A stretch of DNA of 64,000 nucleotides, taken from assembly GCF_001194135.2 (NCBI RefSeq), contig NC_068987.1, positions 102,899,069 through 102,963,068 on the forward strand. The letters are read 5' to 3'. The notes beneath the pieces are model-generated. The model did no database searches. It saw only the letters and a program-made list of their open reading frames with translations, and was not told the origin of the DNA. Made by a program: the position numbers and the translations under genes. The DNA comes from Octopus bimaculoides (taxonomy: Eukaryota). Of the stretch, positions 55,053-64,000 are shown piece by piece (within the stretch, counting starts at the first letter, position 1; each line of letters opens with the position of its first letter).

Positions 55053-56514
55053 ACACAGCACATATAATATAAGTTTTACTCATTATCTCGTCGTAAAATT
55101 GTTTTAGCTGTGAAGCATCATTACAGTCACTCACATTCCGTTAGCCATTCTTACAGAACCACTTAACTTTTAATGTAGCACTTTTCTTCTATTTCCTCTT
55201 AACCTTTTTTTGCCTCATTTTCGTTTCTATTCTTCTTCGGAGAAGAATGATTGTATGAATCGTTAAACAGAATATTAATCCGCTACTATATGAAATTCTT
55301 TCATTTCTTTATATATCTTAGGCTGTCAAGTGTATTTTCGGCCTACAACACTTGGTATTTCTGCTTTGTAACACAAATGTCAGCCGCTCCCGCTTCTGCT
55401 TCCTTGACATGACACGGTCCTGAATCAGCGTCTGAATATTGGGAGTGCGTAAGGACATGAAAACTAAAGCTAATCTAGTCAGATCATTTAGAAATTCTCG
55501 CCATCTTTGGATTTACCATTCAACCATATTGCGTTACAATATAACAACGAGCTGGGAGCCAATATCAATGTCAGTACGACTAATACTACGCGTCTGTTGA
55601 CCTGGATTTTATACTTCAGTGCAATACTACAGGTGGGCATAAACCTTACTGTGTTTAATATTTTGTTTCGCCTGCGCTCTCGTAATTTAGGCAGACAGTT
55701 CTGCACACCTTATCTCGCTCTGAAACAAAAAACAATACTGTTCCTCATATCGGTGAGGAGGCCTTCAAATCTTCATTTGAAAGTATTTAAAATGTCATCA
55801 AATTTCTCCTTGCTCTTGGACGAACACCTTGGGTAAGACAATGCAATTCCTAGTGATACACGGCTGCGAGAGTTTTTTCTCTAACTGGAACTTGCATCTA
55901 TCAAGAATTTCATTATACTTGACGGTATTTGCACAAATATGTGTGTTGTTAAGAGTGTTTTTAAAATCATTTTCTTGTATTTGAAATATTTTTATTCAAA
56001 TTGCGTGTGCCAAGTTTTGCAATATTTTCATCTCTTTCGTGTGTGCGGGTGCATTTAAGCAGCTGTCACAGCTTTTGTTTGAAAGGTCATTTATAGCTGA
56101 CATTTTGCTTTCAAAGTCAATCATAAAAATATAAATGAATAAATAAAAAAGCCCGTTTTTCGCTCAAATTGGGCAAAAAAATTAACACACTGCTGAAGTT
56201 CTTTTTAAACAGCTCGAACGAACTGACACAAACCGTCAAACAATTTAGAAAAATATAATCCACAAAAAAATAATTTGGAAACAAAAGCACTGTGAAATAT
56301 ACATCATTTGGTGTGTTTCTAATATGTTTTCTACTGCTTTATTCTAATTTCTATCTGACACTAGCAGGTCTATCTCTTAAGCAAGGCAGCAATATATTTT
56401 GGAAATATAGAACTCCAAATATTATGATAGTAAGAAATTAAACAGAAGAAATAAAATGTTTAGAAAAACCGAATAGCCAAAACAAGTCTGATGCAATGGT
56501 TTCTTTATCCCTTT

Positions 56515-56690
56515 ACCCTGCGCACGTAAGTGAATGCATGGTATTGTAATCACTCGTGTTGGTCTTTTTGTCTGTGTGTTTGCAAAATTACTGGAAAACG
56601 GCTGAACGGATTTTCACCGAATTTGCCAGAAAAAACTCATTGGGTGAGTGACTGGAAATGATGAAAGTTTGATTTGATAAAGTTCAAACA
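56515..56690 (+). mobile_element. Possible Helentron/DINE-1-like non-autonomous element fragment
   Basis: gtctgtgtgtttg...tactggaaaacggctgaacggattttcaccgaattt resembles the recalled core that follows the microsatellite in DINE-1/HINE-type elements. Confidence 0.4.
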
Positions 56691-56719
56691 TCCATAAATA
56701 CATACATAATGTAAATAAA

Positions 56720-57268
56720 TAACAAGTATGTCCAGATAGCAATGCATTACAGCCGTTTGAAGCGGCTCCATTTAATCGATCAATGGAAACATTACATCAA
56801 TTTGAAAGAAGCCGCTCTCTTCATGTGCAGATGACCATATATATTTCCAACATAAAAGATATACCATTTTTAGCATTTTTAGCAAATTTATATCAAGACT
56901 AGAAACCAAAATAATACATTGTTTCCTTATGTCATATTTGCGGCAGAATAAATTTAGAGAATAATTTCTTTTTTATTTAGCCTGTTATAATTTAGAGAGT
57001 CAAAATTATAGTAAGCTTAATAAGATATGCTTTATTTTTAAAATTTATTCTGCCACAAATATAACATAAGGAACCATGTAATTATTTTGGTTTCTAGTAC
57101 TGATATAAACTTGCTAAAAAATGGTTTATCCTTTATGCTGGAAATCTATATGTTCATCTACGTCTGATGAGAGCGGTTTCTTTCAAATTCATGTAATGTT
57201 TTCTTTGATCAATTAAATGGAGCCACTAGAAACGGTCGTAATGCATTGATACCTGGACATCCTTGTTA
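56720..57268. repeat. Fold-back element (arms about 56720-56956 and 57041-57268) with a hammerhead-like motif in each arm
   Basis: The arms align end to end, for example ctagaaaccaaaataat...tccttatgtcatatttgcggcagaataaattt versus aaatttattctgccacaaatataacataagga...attattttggtttctag. Confidence 0.9.
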
Positions 57269-57973
57269 CTTATTTGTATTTTGTTCACCTAGCTTCCAGG
57301 TGACCGGACTATACCGAACTTGGTACCTCAATTTAAGTACGTAATTCAACTGGTTCTAAATTATATTTTATACACGCCTAAATACATACTTGCATACATA
57401 AGTACATACATGGATGTGCGACTGTGTGACTGTGTATGTGTGCGCGCGCGCTCGCACATGTGTGTGTGAACAGTGATGGATTCGAATTTTCGTTTATTTA
57501 CGAGTTGATTTCTTAATTTCACCGGAGAATAGAATACCTATAATAGTTATACCTAAAATTTAATAAAAAAACTTTACACGAACTAACTAATTTCCCGATA
57601 AGGAAATGTTCATATTATTTATATCCTACAACGAACTACAGTACGTTTGACTCACCTGCCATTATTGAAAGATGTTGAAAACTCTTAAATTCTATGCAAT
57701 ATTTTCTATAAGTATTTCATTTTCTTCACTTTCTTTTTTATATTAATCGACTCTCGTCTGCATGGTGTTCCTATGCGCGTAGACACGTGAGGGTGCCTAT
57801 ATACATACATATATACATATATAGATATGCAACTGTGGGTATGTTTGTATGTGTGTATGTGAGTGTCTGGGTGTGTGTGTGTCTGTGTATGTGTGTGCGT
57901 GTGTGTACAGTGATGGATTCGAAGGTTAAATTTATTGAAGAGCTGGTTTCTTAATTTCACCGAAGTGTAAATA

Positions 57974-58770
57974 CAGGGTGGAGCAGAGAGGCCGGACGTT
58001 TTTGAAATGGCAGTTACTCATCCCCAGCAAGAAGGGCATATGTCCGACAGGTATTATTCGGTCTGTGGTGTCTTAGCATATTTTTTTCTGTTTTCTTTTC
58101 AAGTAAAGTTATGGTACTATGGGCGATAGAGCGTCACCTGTTTTCCTACGATAGTTACGTGAAAAGTAATAAGTCTGTCACAGCAGTTCAGCGTGAATTT
58201 CGGCGCAACTTAAACATTCACCTAAATTAGGCTGTTCCCATCCGTAACACGATCTTACGTTGGGTGAACGTTCTTCGTACACGAGATTCACTAATAAATA
58301 GGAGACCGATGGAGGCGCCACGAATGGTACGGACCCCAGACAATGAGGAACGCGTCAGACAGGCTTTGATACGGAGTCCAAATCGCTCTGCTCGAAGGCA
58401 TTCCACTGAACTTGGCATCGTAATCGATCGGTAAGACGTTTTTGCTTGAAGACCTGCATTTCCACCAGTACAAATTGGTCATTGAGCAACAGTTGAAACC
58501 ATGAGACAACATACGGCGGCTTACGTTCGCACGTGAGATGCAAGCAATTTTTGAGGCAGATGACAATCTCATTTTGTTAATGAGTAACGAAACTCATCTT
58601 CATCTCAATGGCATAGTGAGTCAGCAGAACTGCTGTTATTGAGCTCTTGAAAATCTGAGAGAACTGCAGTAAAGACCACTACACAGGACAACATTGACGG
58701 TATGGTGTTCTTTTGGAAAAGCTGCCGTCATTGGACCTTACTGTTTTGAAGACAATAATGGAAATGCTGA
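57974..58770 (+). mobile_element. IS630-Tc1-mariner element (DUF4817-type HTH, DD41D/rosa-like), 5' part, pseudogenised
   Basis: Starts TA-CAGGGTG. Reads SVTAVQREFRR...PIRNTILRWV...RTPDNEERVRQALIRSPNRSARRHSTELGI...LHFHQYK...LMSNETHLHLNGIVSQQNC...TVWC...IGPYCFED, with stops and frameshifts. Confidence 0.88.
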
Positions 58771-58854
58771 TTTTTGCACGAGACCAATTATATTGAGGGT
58801 TCGGTGTTAATCAGTATATTTGAGACCAACATTTGACTGATACTTTCTTTTCTT

Positions 58855-59212
58855 TGTGATCGAAAAGATGAAAGAGAAAATTGAATTCAGCGTGATTTAA
58901 ACTCAGAATGTAAAGGGCAGCATTGGGGTTGTGCCACAAGGAATTTTTCAGTGATGCTCTACCGCCTCTACCCATCCCAGAGTCTTCGTGGAATCAATAA
59001 TCCTTTCTGTTATAGGCACAAGGCCTGTAATTTGGGGATGGGGACAGCCGATTGCATCAACTCTAGTGTTTTACTAGTATTTAATTTATCAACCCTGAAA
59101 GGATGAAAGGCAAAGTCGACCATGGCGGAATTTGAACTCAGGACTGAAAGGTGACCGAAATGCTGCTTAGCATTTGATCCGGCATGCTGATAATTCTACC
59201 AGCACGCCGCCT
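58855..59212 (-). mobile_element. Two adjacent SINE family A copies (degenerate 58855-58975; fuller 59000-59212)
   Basis: gaaaggatgaaaggcaaagtcgacc...gaatttgaactcag and the terminal cagcacgccgcct. Confidence 0.8.
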
Positions 59213-60929
59213 TCTTTGGGAGAGCGATGATAATAAAAGTTTATTGGTGAAAGAGAACATGACACTTGTACGTTACTCCCTTCAGTTATGAACGAAAGTT
59301 ATACGAAGCAAATGTTCGCAGCTATAGTGTTATATATCTGAAATCAAATATTTTATTATTATCAATAAAATATGCTTTTGCCTAGAGAAGTTCAAGAGGC
59401 TGACAACGCAGTGAGTTTGATTTGCAAGTTGCACAGATAATTTAGAACTCCATGGAAGGTAAAAACTATAGGAGCTGAATTCTGCATTTTATAGATATTT
59501 TAATACAGAGGAGAGTAAAATTGTATCTGTCAATGGTATGTTAATCAATTTTTTTGTTTTATATTAATAATTTGACAGTCAAATAAATTCTAAAGATCCA
59601 TTCATATGGCAAAACACCGTCTGGTATTAATAGACATTTTTTTACAGTTATAGTTTGGTACAAGTGAACGGAACCGAAATAGACGTAGACAATATGGATG
59701 ACGGAAGTTGGAATATTCCTAAATAGTTGCCCATTACACAGTCAAATAAGTCAGAATTGGATTGATGTACATTCCAATAAGAGAGGAGTTAGCGAACTAT
59801 TGATTGTTAAAGATAGTAAGAAGGGAACGCTCAATGTAACTTAATTTTTTTAATGTACAAAAAAAATTAATTTTCAACTGCTAAAATCTAGTGTAAGAAA
59901 AACTGAGTTATTATACATACAATGAGCATATCTGATCACCATTATGATGAAGAAGCAAATAAGTATATCCTGAATATGGTTGTGCTGTATTTTATTATTT
60001 TTCTTAATTAAATGATTCACATTCGATTTCTAGATGAAGAAATTCTGACTTATAAGGAATAGGTCATCGGCAATAAAGTCTTTCTTCATAAATATTTTTG
60101 CTTTCAATGGTAATAAATCATTATATATGAAGCGTTAGTGACAACAATAAATATGAACGGCTATTGTAGCTAATGACTAATTCTAAGAAAAACGCCAAAC
60201 AAATTGTCATTTTCAATCTGACTATTAACTATGTGATGTTCGAAAGAGGGCAGGAATGAGAAGACGAAGTAGGAATGGCGTTAGGTAGATGTTATTGTTA
60301 TACAAATTAGACGATACAAGAAAAAGGATTTAATTACTATAATTACTATTTAGAACGGTCTTTAAATGTATTTCCTTCAAACCAATATATTCGGGGAATT
60401 AGATGGGAGAATCTATTGAAGACTTTATAAAAATAGATATAGTTAATCCACTTATATGAAAATGTTTACTGTGTAGAAAGAACATATGAACATATGTGAC
60501 ACATATGATACATTCAGACATAAAGCTATATTTCATATAGTCCTTGATGACGGAGAGATAAAAGCACCGTAACATTTGAAGGGATTCCACGATTAAAGGA
60601 GAAAAATAATTGTGTGAATTATTTTAGGAGTATATGACCCATATATATATATATANNNNNNNNNNNNNNNNNNNNNNNNNNNNNNNNNNNNNNNNNNNNN
60701 NNNNNNNNNNNNNNNNNNNNNNNNNNNNNNNNNNNNNNNNNNNNNNNNNNNNNNNNNNNNNNNNNNNNNNNNNNNNNNNNNNNNNNNNNNNNNNNNNNNN
60801 NNNNNNNNNNNNNNNNNNNNNNNNNNATATATATATACCTATCAATCTATCAACCTACATACCTTTCTGTATGTATGTATTTATGTGAGTATGTATGTAT
60901 GTATGTATGTATGTATGACTTTGAGTTTT

Positions 60930-61900
60930 ATTGAGTTCTTCATAAGAGAGTTCAAGCTGGTCGCTAACAAAGTAACAAGACTTTTTAAGTTAATAATGTT
61001 CCCAGTGTTTGTAAATATGTGGTTGAGTTGGTATATTGATTGAACTGTTAATGCATACACCGATGTCTGTGTATTTATTCAAATAAAAATCTCACATGGA
61101 TAATTTCTGCCACTAAGAATTTGGATTTGGAGAATCCTGAGTCAGTTTCTTTTTCTCCGAAAAACCTCGTATTTGTAGGTGTTGGTCTAAATATGTAGGT
61201 ACATAGCCTAATGCACCTATGATGATAGGTACAAATGAAGAGTTATTTTTAGGGTATAAGATTCATTAATTCACCGGAAATGTTCTTTTTCCCGAATTGT
61301 TGATGGTACATTCGCATCCACCGGGCAACCGATCTCTACAACAGTGCATGACGTCTGTTCCCTGGCCCATAGTTCAGTTTTCAGGTGTTTGTTGTGTATG
61401 CACCGAATTACTTTTTGTATCGGAGCGTTTTACCATTATTACTCATTTTCAAAGGAGTGAATCATTGCTGGTTCTGACATGCCGTTGATGTATATATCTG
61501 AGCAGTCCTTCCTACGGATAGCATTGTTAATAATCTTTGCAACAGTATCATAAAGCAGGACAGGTTGTATCTTGTATATATTTTAGTGCAGCTGCTGATT
61601 ATGTGGGTGACATATTCCACACTGGTATAGCAGAGCCAACAATTTCTATCACAACAGAGAGGTTTGCTGGTATCACCGTCCTCGTTGTTTATCAGGTATT
61701 TAGTAGCTATCTTCTGTTCCTGGATATCGAAGGCATATCCTTCTAGGTGAGATGTAAAGTATCTATCACATGTCCAGGAAAGGCTCGTATTATTGTCAAT
61801 GCCTGGCATCTAACGAGATATTTACCTGTGCATTGCTTTCTGTTGGTGTGATGTTCGCATCTCCTTCAAGCTTGTTTACGCAGATGAGTCCAACTTACCT
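60930..61900 (-). mobile_element. R4/Dong-clade LINE 3' fragment (CCHC zinc knuckle + RLE endonuclease)
   Basis: SHLEGYAFDIQEQKIATKYL...CWLC...VEYVTHIISSC, CTVVEIGCPVDANV...EKE, and FVPIIIGALGYVP. It ends next to a (TACA)n tract at about 60845-60915. Confidence 0.85.
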
Positions 61901-62404
61901 TGGGTCACAGCGAATGTTGTATTCTCAGTGTATCTGCAGTGTAGTTCTTCTCCAACTGCATTTAATTTGATGTAATGATTGCATTGTTCAATAAAATGGA
62001 GCCCCTGAAACGGTCGTACTGCATCACTTCTTGATATCCTGTTGCTTGCTTTGATTATATATATATATGTGTGTGTGCATGTGTGTATGCGTGTGTGTGT
62101 GCGTGTGTGTGCGTGTGTGTTTGCCTGTGTGTGTCTCTGTGTGTCTGTGTCTGGCTGTCTGTCTGTCTGTCTGTGTATGTGTATTTGTGTGTATGCAAAT
62201 ATATATGTATGTATGTATGTATATANNNNNNNNNNGGGTCACAGCGAATGTTGTATTCTCAGTGTATCTGCAGTGTAGTTCTTCTCCAACTGCATTTAAT
62301 TTGATGTAATGATTGCATTGTTCAATAAAATGGAGCCCCTGAAACGGTCGTACTGCATCACTTCTTGATATCCTGTTGCTTGCTTTGATTATATATATAT
62401 ATTG

Positions 62405-62535
62405 TTACATTCATTTGACTGCGGCCATGCTGGAGCACTGCCGTAAAGGGATTTACTCGAATAAACCGACCCATCGACTTATTCTTTGTAGGTCTAATAC
62501 TTATTCTATCGGTCCATTTTGCCGAGTCACTATGC
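62405..62535 (-). mobile_element. SINE family B 3' end
   Basis: catttgactgcggccatgctggagcac...gacttattctttgta...tacttattctatcggtc...ttgccga. Confidence 0.8.
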
Positions 62536-62569
62536 ATGTATGTATGTATGTATGTATGTATGTATGTTT

Positions 62570-62630
62570 TTATGTTTTGAGTTCAAATTCCGCCGAGATC
62601 GACTTCGCTTTTTATCCATTTCGGATCTAT
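62570..62630 (+). mobile_element. SINE family A fragment
   Basis: tgagttcaaattccgccgagatcgactt. Confidence 0.7.
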
Positions 62631-63083
62631 TCAGTTTCACGTACATATTATTCAATTTTTTTTCTTTTTTAACGAAACACTCTGAAACTTCCGATACTGG
62701 TACAATGTGTCACATTCAACAGGGTTTACTCTGAACGTTTTTGAAAACATTTTGTGATATAGAAGTTATTTCGTCACAAGTCACAGAGAAATTCGTGTTT
62801 GATAAGTGTCAATACACAAAACTCTCGGGTTTTGACTTACTCTCTAACTTCTGCCGATGATATATATGCATATTATACATATATCTGTAAAGAAATCTCA
62901 TTACGCAATCAAACTAATGGAAGAGCCTCTACCTGGTCGCTCGACACGCTAAAAATAGCAGTCAATATATCCCCCTGCCCAGTGTTTTATAAGGTAAAAT
63001 CTTAAATTATTAATTGACACATTATTAATTATCTTATAACAGCAATGTCTGGAAAAATCATGGATAACATAGAATATTGCGAT

Positions 63084-63567
63084 CATGAAAGGTAATATTC
63101 TTAAGATTATAAACCTGGAAAAGTACAGGATAAGTTATTACACCTGGAAAAGTATAGGACAAGATATTACTTCTTGTAAAGTAAAGAATAAGAATTTTTT
63201 TACTTAAAATTAAAATATTGCAACTAAAACAAAAATGTGAATATTAAAAAATATTTTATTGTAGTTTACAAATAACACTGTACTTATTTAAGTAGAATTT
63301 GGCTAATTTTCTACCTTAAATACAGAAAAAAGTGACTAATTAGAAAAACTTAAGAATTAGCTGAACAGTTTTGTACAGTAAATTTTAAAAATGAGAACTG
63401 TAAAGAGTGATAAATTAGAACTGGCATTCTCTGCTGCAATATTTTAAGTAAAACGTTTTTTATTCTTTACTTTACTTGAAGTAATGGTTTGTCCTATACT
63501 TTTGCAGATGTAATAACTTGTCCTGTATTTTTCCAAGTTTATAATCTTAAGGAGATTACTTTTCATG
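63084..63567. repeat. Inverted repeat (arms 63084-63210 and 63441-63567), MITE/fold-back-like
   Basis: cttaagattataaacctggaaaagtacaggataagttattaca versus tgtaataacttgtcctgtatttttccaagtttataatcttaag. Confidence 0.85.
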
Positions 63568-63720
63568 CTCACATTTTTCCATGTAAATATATTGCATGGA
63601 AAATTGATAGATAGATACATACAATGGGGATTGGTAGACAGATACATACACATATACATACATACATTCATACATATATACGCACATACAGCCATGTATA
63701 TATTTACATATGCAGCTACG

Positions 63721-63776
<56 letters not shown>

Positions 63777-64000
63777 GCTTTAAATAGTATAGCTTTAACT
63801 ATTACACCGGTTAAATATGTACTAATTTTATCTTCATTATTATTTTAAACTTAAACTTCGATCAAATTGTATTTAAAACAATGATAATTTAAAACAATGA
63901 TAATTTATGTAAGATGTTTTTTGTATATAATATACATGTTATTATAATGGATGAAGGGATGATTATTGAATGGTTATTATTTTGATATTATGATATTTTT

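Larger units (their letters stand above)
1..64000. other. Pervasive microsatellites ((TA)n, (CA)n, (TATG)n, (TAGA)n, (GA)n, (TTA)n, (TTC)n) and about 20 assembly N-gaps
   Basis: Directly visible. Most gaps begin or end in a simple repeat, as expected for short-read contig breaks. Confidence 0.98.

Noticed and set aside
55507-55836. 109-aa ORF read as a GPCR N-terminus plus TM1 (NVST/NTT sites, hydrophobic stretch)
   Set aside because: There is no GN motif or LAxxD TM2 motif. Hydrophobic ORFs are common in AT-rich DNA, and the opposite strand may be transposon-derived.
61902-62400. Duplicated ~165-bp block (gggtcacagcgaatg...)
   Set aside because: The second copy starts exactly after the 10-N gap at 62226-62235, so it is probably an artefact and the hammerhead-related half-motif here was counted once.
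3750-63848. Most ORFs in the supplied track (poly-YI, CV, HT, L, S, E and X-filled)
   Set aside because: They are translations of microsatellites and N-gaps, or antisense frames of transposons, and none has a recognisable cellular domain.
1-64000. CRISPR arrays, rRNA, operons or prokaryotic defence systems
   Set aside because: No regularly spaced repeat-spacer structure and no gene-dense prokaryotic-like segment were found; the content is metazoan repeat DNA.

Overview
AT-rich eukaryotic DNA with about 20 N-gaps, most flanked by simple repeats. The SINE families, retroelement set and microsatellite load resemble a coleoid cephalopod, most likely Octopus (inference from recalled repeat sequences; no database search was run). 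I recognise no conserved protein-coding gene, rRNA, true tRNA or CRISPR. Most supplied ORFs are microsatellite or N-gap artefacts, or antisense reads of transposons. The window is intronic or intergenic and is filled with decayed mobile elements: three tRNA-derived SINE families, RTE, CR1 and R4/Dong LINEs, several Penelope-like elements (PLEs), Tc1/mariner transposases and a TIR-bounded hAT-like element. The most interesting signal is RNA structure. A minimal type I hammerhead-ribozyme motif with a non-canonical core lies downstream of a PLE GIY-YIG fragment (7771-7808). A second hammerhead-like motif with a long stem II occurs in both arms of a fold-back (56720-57268). Four long inverted repeats occur in total. 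A weak, phase-compatible chain of candidate exons on the + strand may mark a host gene. Element boundaries are approximate and were read by eye.
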